Shown here: positions 46,251 through 55,643 of the stretch, piece after piece
Position numbering within the stretch: the first letter of the stretch is position 1
Layout: the number at the start of each line of letters is the position of its first letter
Source of the DNA: Paramoeba atlantica
Lineage: Eukaryota; Protista; Discosea
Direction: 5' to 3'
Assembly (NCBI GenBank): GCA_977017575.1
Contig: CDRNVI010000056.1
Location: 248,001 to 312,000, forward strand
DNA: 64,000 nt
Program-made: the position numbers and the translations under genes
The notes under the pieces: generated by a model
What the model saw: only the letters and a program-made list of their open reading frames with translations
What the model was told of the DNA's origin: nothing
The model's database searches: none

Positions 46251-46316
46251 TTTTTTCAAATTTTTTTTTCGGTTTTGGACCACCGGAGTCCCCTTTTATA
46301 TTTTTTTCTTCTATTA

Positions 46317-48181
46317 CAGGGGGGTGCACGAAAATATGGGGGGGGTCAAAATTCGTATAACTCGGCCAATTTTGGAAAATAATGCCGCATTCGAGAGCTC
46401 TCACAGAGTTACGTGTCATGTGCTATTACGTTTTACGTAGTTTCCAGGTATACGCATTCTCCTGAACACCGTAAAAAGGGCAACTGCAAGTTTTTTTTCT
46501 GGTAAAAAAGAAGTTAGTATCCACAATTTCCACCTTTTTTCTCCAACACAATTTTCATGCGCGTTGGAACACTCTTTAAAGTTCTCAAAAATACATCGTA
46601 TCGCTCCCCTTTTAATTTTTCGACCCCAGAAGCGATCGCTCGTCTCAAATCTTCACGATTCGTTGGACAAAGCACGTTTTTATGCTCGTCCATTAATCCC
46701 CAAATGTTTTCTATTGGGTTTAAATCTGGGGATTTGGGTGGCCAACACAACATCTTCACTCCGTCACTAAAGGCACGACGAGTGCTATTGTGAATTGTAC
46801 AATTATCCATAGCAACGACTGCCCCCCGATGTCTTCGTAAAAAAAATAAGAAACCGTTACGTTGTAGCATAGTTTTTTTGAAAAGGTCCCCATTCACAGA
46901 AATTTTATTACCCTGTTGATCTTTATTAGGGAATTTATGAAAAAAGAAACCGTGCTTAATGCTGACCCCCATCCACACCATAATACCATCACCCCCCAAC
47001 CACTTTTCCCGCTCACCGGCGTGCTCCTTTGGGGGGTCTGAACGACGGCAAAGGTAGGTAATTTTGCGGCTGCCCCCGCAAGTAAATTTTTTCTCGTCTG
47101 TCCAGACGATAGCCTCAAGCTGAGCAGGGGTCCATGTTGCCAACTCCTGGCATAGCTCTACTCGTTTCCTTTTGTGCTCCTTTGTGAGTGCAGGGTTTCG
47201 AGGGACTGCGGGATATGATACCCTCCTTCTTGAGGGAACGTATCAGAGCGCGACGGGAGCATCTGAAACCCTCTCCTACAAGAAGGTTCAGAAGGTGGCC
47301 CCAAGAAGCAATACCATAGGTTTCATCCCTTGTTGATCGATAAGATCGAGTGCTCGCTTCAACAGAGGGTCAGATATTACAGGAGATTGGCGAATTTTAT
47401 AGGGAGACCTATCGACCTCACCAGTCTCTTCGTAACGCTGCACCCAACGCTTGACAGTGTCCTCGTGGCACCTAAACGTCTTGGCGACAGCTGAAAAAGA
47501 ACCACTTTCCTCAAATTTTTTGAAAGTATCCTGTGAGATGCTTTAAGTTGCCCACGAGGCGAATAACAAAATCTACTCCGTTTCTGCACCTTTTTATTAT
47601 TCGAATATGACCTTTTCTGGGGCATAGTAGTGTACACCCCCGAAATAGAGAAGGAACCCTCTCCGCTCCATGAGGAGAGCTTTTTATTTGATTTTTTTTT
47701 CTATTTTGCGTAGTTTACGTCTGTGTTGCTTTGAAAAACACGGAGAAACGCATTATCCTCCGAATCAAAGGAGAAAAACATCACAAGCATGTTTGACATC
47801 GCAAGTTATTCAGAAAACCACCCAGCGTATCGGGAGTATTATTTGTTTTTACGAAAATGCTTTTAGTATTCATTGAGTATTGTCATTAGAAATTGGTCAT
47901 GGAGTTACGTATAATAAGTGAATATCCGACAGACGTATTAGGATCAAAAGAGTGGATAAATTCACAAAAAAAAAGCAGATTTTTCAAAAAACTGCAGAAT
48001 TCTGCACTTTGAAAAATCATAATTTTTTTTTATTTTTGAAAAAAAAACTAAAAATGCTGGAAGCGCATTATCACATGACACGTAACTTTGTGAGGAGCTC
48101 TCGAATACGCTATTATTTTCCAAAATTGGCCGAGGTATACGAATTTTGACCCCCCCCCCATATTTTCGTGCACCCCCCATG
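46317..48181 (-). mobile_element. Tc1/IS630-like transposon with ~115-bp TIRs and a DD31E triad, frameshifted
   Basis: TA|CA(G/T)GGGGGTGCACGAAAATATGG TIRs with TA TSD; IVWTDEKKF, GGDGIMVW, AMDNCTIH..WPPKSPDLNPIE; N-terminal part in other frames. Confidence 0.85.
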
Positions 48182-48424
48182 TATTACTGTGTTCCTCTTT
48201 ATATTTTCACTGTTTTTGTTCACTTTTTTTTCAATAATCGAGGGTAGAGCGGTAGTTATACAACCACCGCAATCTAGAGTAATGAATGAAGTGGGAAGTA
48301 TAATGATTGTTCCTCAATCTCTTACTTTTGGAAACTATTTTCTAGTGATTCTGAACCAAACCTCTTTTGCACTACGTACTGCTTATACAGTGTTGATGAC
48401 GGCTCCGATTTACGTCGCGGTAAA

Positions 48425-49192
48425 GTGACCTCTCTGCTTCTACCCCAAGAGGATATGCTTGAACGTTTAATTTCAAACGTAACTGGAAAGCATAAGACTT
48501 GGCGTACGTGGAAGAAGAACATGTTTGGACGCGTCAAACGTTCATCGGTATGCCAATGGCGAGGCGTGACATGCGATAAGGATCAAATGGTGAGCCGAAT
48601 AGAATGGTTTTCAATGAAACTTTTAGGCACGTTACAGTGGGAGTTCCTACCTTATACGTTGCAACATTGTGACATTTGCACTAACAGACTATCCGGATCG
48701 CTTGCACTTGACACGTTGCCATCACAACTTACATATTTAACATTATTGGCAAACGCTTTTACCGGTCAGTTAAACTTGACCCAATTGCCCAACACACTGT
48801 ATGCACTCGGGGTGAGTGACAACCAATTTGAAGGAAATGTTGATCTCACGAATCTATGTTCTGGATTACAATATTTGTATGTTCATGAAAATCAACTTTC
48901 GGGTGATGTCGATCTTTCTCACTTACCGGCAATGTTGCGACACCTATACTTGTCCTGGAACAGATTTACAGGACCTCTTTCCTTGCAGCACTTACCTTCA
49001 TCACTAACTCATTTTATTTCGGATCACAACTTTTTCTCCGGTTTAGTTATGTTTGACTGTCTTCCTGGAAAATTGCTATTTTTGTCCGTGCACGGAAACA
49101 GAGATCTTTACGGTGAGATTGACACGTTGGTTCTTCCTAGGACTTTAGAACCCTCTTTTCTGGTCTCGGAAACGAACATTCGTTATAAATAA
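48425..49192 (+). CDS. Leucine-rich repeat protein (family member, close to 15080)
   Basis: DDGSDLRRGKVTSLLLPQEDMLERLI N-cap and LRRs; no in-frame ATG before the EDM methionine. Confidence 0.75.
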   Translation: MTSLLLPQEDMLERLISNVTGKHKTWRTWKKNMFGRVKRSSVCQWRGVTCDKDQMVSRIEWFSMKLLGTLQWEFLPYTLQHCDICTNRLSGSLALDTLPSQLTYLTLLANAFTGQLNLTQLPNTLYALGVSDNQFEGNVDLTNLCSGLQYLYVHENQLSGDVDLSHLPAMLRHLYLSWNRFTGPLSLQHLPSSLTHFISDHNFFSGLVMFDCLPGKLLFLSVHGNRDLYGEIDTLVLPRTLEPSFLVSETNIRYK

Positions 49193-50055
49193 ATATGTAA
49201 TTATTTACGTACTGTCCCCCCCACGTAAACGCAACCCGGTTTTGCCCCAAAATTGCGCATAAGTAGCCGGGTCAAAAAAAGGGGTGAAAAACAAATTTCG
49301 CGCCGCTTCGCGGCGCGTGTTTTAATCATGAGTTATATACGCGGGGTGCCCTTCGGGTCTGCTTTTTATATTGTGCCCCCCCCTAGTTATCTGTCACAAC
49401 TTTTCGTTCAAAGGTGACAGATAACGCGAGTACAGCTTGAAACTTCCATGGTTCTTCGCTCTAAAAATTACCTCGCTTCGATGGACATTTTTATAAAATT
49501 TTACGAAAAAAATGAATTAGGATATTAAGTTAATTAGGAAAATCATCCAATTAGGATATTGATTCGCCCCCCAGTTTAGGATGAAACACGAATTGCGTTG
49601 GACGAAATTAGACGCAGTCCTCCCTGGGTCCAAAAAACATGATTTTTTGATACCATTTTTCTGGAACGCACCTCTTTTTTTGGTGAAGTGAAGGAAACTT
49701 CGCCTTTTCCAAACAAATATTAGTTTTACCAAAACAACATTTTAAAAAGATACAAAAAAGGTACTTATTGTGGCTGAGCAACATTCAGTGTGTCGTATTC
49801 TAAATATCTACTACGGTTGTTCAATGCAACGTTAGCCGGACCTATTTTGGTCGATATCATGCTCTATAGGTCACCTGTTCCTTACAAGGTTTTCGTGGTT
49901 TGAAAAATGTCTCCCTTTTCCTTAAACTCAAAAAAAAAGATGATACAACGAAACAGAGGTGTAGTACGCTTTACTTTTTGTTTCTGCCTTTTCGGTGTTT
50001 TATGTCTTTCACTTCCGGACTCTGAACCCAAACCCTTCGCACACACAAAAACAAA

Positions 50056-52761
50056 ATGTCTTGCTTCCTTTCTGTGGCATTTCTTTCTCTCTTCCTATCC
50101 CTCTTCTCCCCACCTACGAAAACGGTGACCGGTCTCCAGCACGCGTCCCTTCAACTCCAATCGGATTCCACCCCCTTTTCCATTTCTTCCGATTTCGCCT
50201 CTTTGTTTTTGCGCTCGGACGATCCCCCCCTATCCAACCCTTGTCGGGAAAAGACGAACCCTCACCATCCACAGCTCTCCCCCGTGAGCCGCTTCCCCCT
50301 TGTATTTCCTCTTTACCCGCTCTGTTCTCGAGGGCTTACCATTTCCTGTTGTGAGGCACAGAATCCGGTCCCACGCGCTCCTCTCCCGGCTCCCTGGTAC
50401 CAAACCCTTTTTGAGTTTCTCCAGCACGCCTGGAACGCGCTTCAAAGATTTTGGTGCGCCTTCACCCCCTTAACGGATCCCCGTCTTGATCTAAAAAACG
50501 AAGTTGTGGAGAACGCCTTACGTGAAAGGGACGCAAGAATACAAAAGGGGGAGCTGAAAAAGGAGGGGGAAGCCCAACAAAGGGTGCTGTCATCCTTTGC
50601 GGGGACTTCCCTGTCCTCCTCTTCCTCTTTTTCTTTGATGAAAGAAGCCCAAGGGGAAAGGAATAAAAAGGGGCACCCAGGAGAACCCTTTTCCGTTGTT
50701 TCTCCTCGGGGTCGCTCCTCCCATGGGGCATCAGAAGGAAATAGGAATTCCAACGGTTTGAGGGCTTCGCATAAGGAGATCGGATCTCCGGGATCTTTTT
50801 CAGCGATTCCGGAGTCTTCGAATTTGCGTGGTGAATCTTCCGTACGTTCCACAAAATCTTCAGAATCCTTTCCGGACACGTCTTTATCGAGGGCGGTGGA
50901 ATCTTCAGCATCGGGTACAGTCCAAATTTCATCACATCCAACCCAATCTTCATCAATTTCTGCCCAATCTTTATCAAATCCATCCCCTTCTTCATCAATT
51001 TCTGCCCCTTCTTCATCAAATCCAGCCCCTTCTTCATCAAATCCAGCCCCTTCTTCATCAAATCCAGCCCCCTCCCCCCGGCGTCCCCCCCACCCCTCCC
51101 CCTCCCCCCTCTCCACCTTCTCCCTCCCCCGGGCCGCCCTCGCCGTGAACTTCTCCCGGCTCTCGTTTTGCAAAATCCCGGAGGTGCAAAGCCAAAAGCA
51201 CTTCGGGCCCCACACCGGGCTCACCAACGTGGAGCGCACCCGGCACTGCGTCGCCCACGCCTACGGCATGCGGGGGTATGCGCTCACCCAACGCATCGCC
51301 CCGGGCCCCTGGGAGGGGGTGGGGGCGGTGGCCCGGCGCGTGGTGCTGGGGTTCCACGCCGCGCGGAACCGACCGAACGGCCAGGCCTCCACCTTTTTCG
51401 AGCTGGAGCGGTGCGCCTGGTGCCGGGAGGGAGAGGGAGAACGAGAAAAAAAAGAGGGACCGGAGAGACCGGAGTACCCTGACGGCGTACTGCCGTGGTC
51501 CGGGCGAAAAGAAGCCGAGGAGGGACACGGTCCGCAGGGCCAGTGGGAGGAAAGGGTTCATTCGCACTCCCTTCCTGTGGAGGGGTTGTTACAAAAAGGG
51601 GAGACGGGGGAGAAACAACGTATCAAGATTCAACCCCGTACGTTGGATGATTTCCCCGCCGTCCATCGCGGGTGGAACGCCATGTGGCTCGCACTCGCGC
51701 CCAAGTTCCAGGAGACCTTGGTGGAGTGGCTCTTACCCGATAATGAACGAGAACTACCCCAACCCCACCCTTCCGGAACCCTCCGTACCCAGCTGGGGAG
51801 TAGTACCTCTTCCTCCTCCTCCTCCTCATCCCCCGGTTCCTCCCAGGACACCCATGTCGCCGTAAATTCATCCAACCCACCCCCAAAAAAAAAGGTTGCC
51901 CCCAAGCCCCTCGCCTCCCCCTTCATCCCCTCCATCCGCGAGATCCTCATCACGGGGCCCTGCATGGGGGGGGCGATCGCGACCCTCGCGGCGCTCCACC
52001 TGCACCACTGGCTCGGCTCCCCCGAGGCCCCCCCGGGGCTGGCCGAGCTGCGGGAGAAGATTGTGGTCTACACCTTCGGGAGCCCCCGGGTGGGGAACAA
52101 GGCCTTCGCGGGGCACTACAACCAGCGCCTCGGGGCGCGCACCTTCCGGGTCGTGAACGCGGGGGACGGCAAGGTGCGGCTCCCCCCGGCGTGCCTGGGC
52201 TACGCCCACACCGCCCACGAGGTGTTCTTCCCGAGGGAAGTGCCCGCGATGGGGGCCGGGGAGCCGTTCCCCCCGGAGCTCGCGCCGGTGTTTGGGCGGG
52301 ATTTGGAGCCCAGCCCGGGGAAGGGGGGTGGGGGGGAGCGGAGGGCGTTTTTAGCCGCCTCTTCGGTTTCCGCAACGTCGGGAAACGGTGTTGGATTACC
52401 CCCGGGGCGTGAAAGAAGGGCGTGGTTGAGACGGGGGGAGGGCATACACGACAACCGACGCGCTCTTCGGTGGGGGAGAGAAGAGGGGGACGTTTCTGCG
52501 TCTCCCACTTTTGCGCCATCTCCGATGGTGTCTGATCCCCAACCCACACTGTTTTCGCGTGCGGCTTCGTATCTTCGTCCGGGGAAAACAAACACGAGTG
52601 TAGCGCAAGAAGTATTTTTCGAAACCCCCGAGCTCGGGGCGAGTAATTCCATATGCACTGCACTGCCTCCGGTGAATGCACACACGTTTTACTTTGGTCG
52701 GCCCATTCTGTCCTGCTGGCCGTATGATGTGAAGGTCCAGGATACGGTGGGTTCTTGTTAA
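50056..52761 (+). CDS. Class 3 lipase-like protein with signal peptide and long low-complexity inserts
   Basis: ILITGPCMGGAIATLAA, VYTFGSPRVGN, FRVVNAGD..LPP and YAH motifs of Lipase_3; PAPSSSN coding repeat. Confidence 0.8.
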   Translation: MSCFLSVAFLSLFLSLFSPPTKTVTGLQHASLQLQSDSTPFSISSDFASLFLRSDDPPLSNPCREKTNPHHPQLSPVSRFPLVFPLYPLCSRGLTISCCEAQNPVPRAPLPAPWYQTLFEFLQHAWNALQRFWCAFTPLTDPRLDLKNEVVENALRERDARIQKGELKKEGEAQQRVLSSFAGTSLSSSSSFSLMKEAQGERNKKGHPGEPFSVVSPRGRSSHGASEGNRNSNGLRASHKEIGSPGSFSAIPESSNLRGESSVRSTKSSESFPDTSLSRAVESSASGTVQISSHPTQSSSISAQSLSNPSPSSSISAPSSSNPAPSSSNPAPSSSNPAPSPRRPPHPSPSPLSTFSLPRAALAVNFSRLSFCKIPEVQSQKHFGPHTGLTNVERTRHCVAHAYGMRGYALTQRIAPGPWEGVGAVARRVVLGFHAARNRPNGQASTFFELERCAWCREGEGEREKKEGPERPEYPDGVLPWSGRKEAEEGHGPQGQWEERVHSHSLPVEGLLQKGETGEKQRIKIQPRTLDDFPAVHRGWNAMWLALAPKFQETLVEWLLPDNERELPQPHPSGTLRTQLGSSTSSSSSSSSPGSSQDTHVAVNSSNPPPKKKVAPKPLASPFIPSIREILITGPCMGGAIATLAALHLHHWLGSPEAPPGLAELREKIVVYTFGSPRVGNKAFAGHYNQRLGARTFRVVNAGDGKVRLPPACLGYAHTAHEVFFPREVPAMGAGEPFPPELAPVFGRDLEPSPGKGGGGERRAFLAASSVSATSGNGVGLPPGRERRAWLRRGEGIHDNRRALRWGREEGDVSASPTFAPSPMVSDPQPTLFSRAASYLRPGKTNTSVAQEVFFETPELGASNSICTALPPVNAHTFYFGRPILSCWPYDVKVQDTVGSC

Positions 52762-53119
52762 GATGGGGTTAATGAAAGAGTATTTTCTTTTTAGTAAAGT
52801 TTTGTTGAATGGTATACAGATTACGTTTAAAATCCTGAAACAAACAATTGAAAGAGTAAGAAATGTATGGGCGACGTGCCTCCTGATTCAAGTCCTCGTA
52901 TATAACTTTAAGCTACCTTCCTCTTCCGGAACTCTTCCGGTACGCCAAACCCCTTAGTCCCGTATTCTTTTCATCGAAACCACTACACACGCGACAAAAC
53001 ACTTTCAACGATTTCTTTCTTTATTTATCCTTTTTTCCCTCCCTCTTCCCTCAAAACATCTTTTTTCCACCTCTCTCCCTTCCTTTTTTCTCACCTCCCC
53101 CTTTCCTTCTTCAAACAAA

Positions 53120-55498
53120 ATGGAGGACGACAAATTCCCCACCTTCTTCTTCGGCGTCATGAGCGCCATCCTCCTCGTCACCGTGGCTCTCCCCCTCACC
53201 TGGGGCACCCTGTGCCATCTGAGCCACAAACTTGCCCCCTTCCTGCCCTCTCTTTTTGAAACCACAGAGCGCGACAAAAAGGTCTCTGGAACCCCCTGGA
53301 AACCGCAGCTTTCAAAAAAGAATGCCAGCGCCTCTTTCTCTCCCTCTTCCCGATCCCCCAGTGTGGATACACAAAAAAAGGTCGAGAAAACAAATTTTTC
53401 GGAGTCTCCCAATCCAAATTCGACCTGTGAAAACACAATTTCACCATCTTTTCTATCGTCTCTACTTTCCCCATTCACTCCCCTTTACGCCAATATCCAT
53501 TTTTGGCTCTCCCACCCCTCCCATCTCTACGCCCACTACCGCATCCTACGCACCCACCCCTCTCTTCTCCGTAAAATTGTATTCCCCCGCGTCTCCTCCT
53601 TTTGCCTTCGGCCCAAAGTGTTTCTCCTTTTCCTTTGGGTTCTCTCAGTGTATCTTTTCGCCACACAAATTCCGAAAGCGGCCTCGTTTGAGGTTTTGGG
53701 GCTTAACCCCGCGACGGCTTCCATCGGGGAAATTAAAAATGCCTACCGCAGTTTAAGTTTTCGGTACCACCCGGATAAGGACCCGAGCCCGGAGGCCCGG
53801 GAGCGGTATGGGAAAATACGAAAAGCGTTTAAACGACTCACCGGGGCGAAACTTGCGGAAGATGGCACCCCGGTGGAGGATACGGAGGAACCCCTCGGGG
53901 TAGGGTTCGCGCTCCCGTTCTTTTTGCGTGACCCCGAGCATGAGGGACGGACGCTGGTGATTTTGCTGCTGTGTGCGTTTGGGATTCCGGCGGTTTTGCT
54001 GTATTTCTTTTTTATTCGCGAGAAAACGACCTATGGGGTGGTTTATGAGCGGCTGAAACAAATGGTGACCCTCGCGCGCGGGTTGCATGGGGAAATGGGG
54101 ATGCCGGAGAATCCGAAGGTCGCGGCGACGAAGCTGCATCAGGAGAATATTCAGAAATTGTTAAAACAGGCCGGGTTGTGGCAAAGTGGGATGGTCCCGG
54201 AGGTGGTGCATAACCTCCCGGATCTCGCCCGGCTGCATAAGTTGTGTTCGCATGCGAAAAATGCAACGGGGCGGATGCAGCAGGATGCGCTGTTTCGTCT
54301 GCAAAGTCTCGGGTTTGAAGATGACGCACTGCAGTCGTTGATACAAACGATATTAAGCGAGGAATGGGAGAAGCCGTGTGCGGCCGCAAAACCGCTGGAA
54401 AACATAGCCGCAGAGATCTCGCGAAATCCGCCAGATTATTTTCCCGTCTCAGAGGAACAATTTGAGGCCGCAAATTACTTTTTAGGCTTTGTCATGGAAC
54501 TAATGCCACCCGTGGTGAAACCGTTTGATTTACAAAACCGGTCTACGCGGTTGTTAAAGTTATATCGCGATAAAGAGTCATTGCTGCATAAATGTCACCA
54601 GTGGGCACAAAAAATGGAAAAAGATAAAAGGGAAAGAGAGAAGAATGAAAAGGGGGATAAGGGTTGTGAAGAGGAGAGATCAATGCTGTCCCAGGAAGCA
54701 AAATCACGTGAAAACGAAAAAACGCAATCCGAGTTTTCGAGTAAAAGTTCTCTGGGTGTCGATCCGACACTTTCGAGTGACTCACTGGGTGCAAATTCGT
54801 GTGATAAGCTGAAAGTGACCTCATCTTCCTGTTTAGAGGTCAACTCCGAAACGCACCCCCAAACCGGGAAACTTTTCTCCCCGCGCGAAGGCTCCGCCCT
54901 CCAGGAATCAAATCCTTTACATTCCACAAGCCGTACCTCTCTTTCTTCGGTCACCACATCTTCTTTACCTTCCGACCAAAACCGAATGTCCTCAAAAACC
55001 TCTTCTTCTCACACTTTCGATACCGCCCGTCCCACCGGGAGCCAAAGCGCTCCCTCCCCTGCTTTACGCCCTCCTCGACCCCATGCTGCCGAAAATCATG
55101 AAAATCTTCATGAATCCAAAACATTACAAAACGAAAACTCTCCACCATGTCTTCCCCCTTTCGCAAATCCCAAAATCTCTTCTCATCCCTCCAACCCCAC
55201 CCTCTCCCCTCCTTTATCCCTTTCTCTTCACAAAACAATACAAAACGGTGAAAACAAAAAATCTAATTTGTTTTATGAAACCCAAGAAAGGGAAAGAAAG
55301 GAAATTACGGTTTCTAAATCCCTCAGTCCGCAGTGGGTGGAGAAACTCCTCGCCCTCGATGAGGAGATCATGACGATGCACAACGATATGAATCGCAGTG
55401 CGATTGAGTATCTCAGCAGCGGTCACCACCGACGGATGAAAAAGTTCCAGAAATACAAGGAGGCGGAGCGTAGGAAGCTCGCTCCAGGGGGGCGGTAG
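53120..55498 (+). CDS. SEC63: Sec63-like ER membrane J-domain protein
   Basis: Two hydrophobic segments, J domain (FEVLGL..IKNAYRSLSFRYHPDK), then GFALPFFL and a third TM segment, the Sec63 layout. Confidence 0.7.
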   Translation: MEDDKFPTFFFGVMSAILLVTVALPLTWGTLCHLSHKLAPFLPSLFETTERDKKVSGTPWKPQLSKKNASASFSPSSRSPSVDTQKKVEKTNFSESPNPNSTCENTISPSFLSSLLSPFTPLYANIHFWLSHPSHLYAHYRILRTHPSLLRKIVFPRVSSFCLRPKVFLLFLWVLSVYLFATQIPKAASFEVLGLNPATASIGEIKNAYRSLSFRYHPDKDPSPEARERYGKIRKAFKRLTGAKLAEDGTPVEDTEEPLGVGFALPFFLRDPEHEGRTLVILLLCAFGIPAVLLYFFFIREKTTYGVVYERLKQMVTLARGLHGEMGMPENPKVAATKLHQENIQKLLKQAGLWQSGMVPEVVHNLPDLARLHKLCSHAKNATGRMQQDALFRLQSLGFEDDALQSLIQTILSEEWEKPCAAAKPLENIAAEISRNPPDYFPVSEEQFEAANYFLGFVMELMPPVVKPFDLQNRSTRLLKLYRDKESLLHKCHQWAQKMEKDKREREKNEKGDKGCEEERSMLSQEAKSRENEKTQSEFSSKSSLGVDPTLSSDSLGANSCDKLKVTSSSCLEVNSETHPQTGKLFSPREGSALQESNPLHSTSRTSLSSVTTSSLPSDQNRMSSKTSSSHTFDTARPTGSQSAPSPALRPPRPHAAENHENLHESKTLQNENSPPCLPPFANPKISSHPSNPTLSPPLSLSLHKTIQNGENKKSNLFYETQERERKEITVSKSLSPQWVEKLLALDEEIMTMHNDMNRSAIEYLSSGHHRRMKKFQKYKEAERRKLAPGGR

Positions 55499-55643
55499 GG
55501 GAAGAGAGGAGGGGTTTGTATTTTTGGTATTTTCTTGTAAAGTAAAAAGGTCTTTTTTATGGGTTTGTGTTTTTTTAAAGGATAAAAAGTAAAATCCACA
55601 ATGTGAAAGTGTTGGTTGGTTTGTTTTTTTAGCAAACTGAAAC

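Noticed and set aside
50230-52685. Many overlapping Pro/Arg/Gly-rich ORFs on both strands
   Set aside because: Shadow frames of the GC-rich lipase gene; the same applies within 32565-36773 and 53120-55498.
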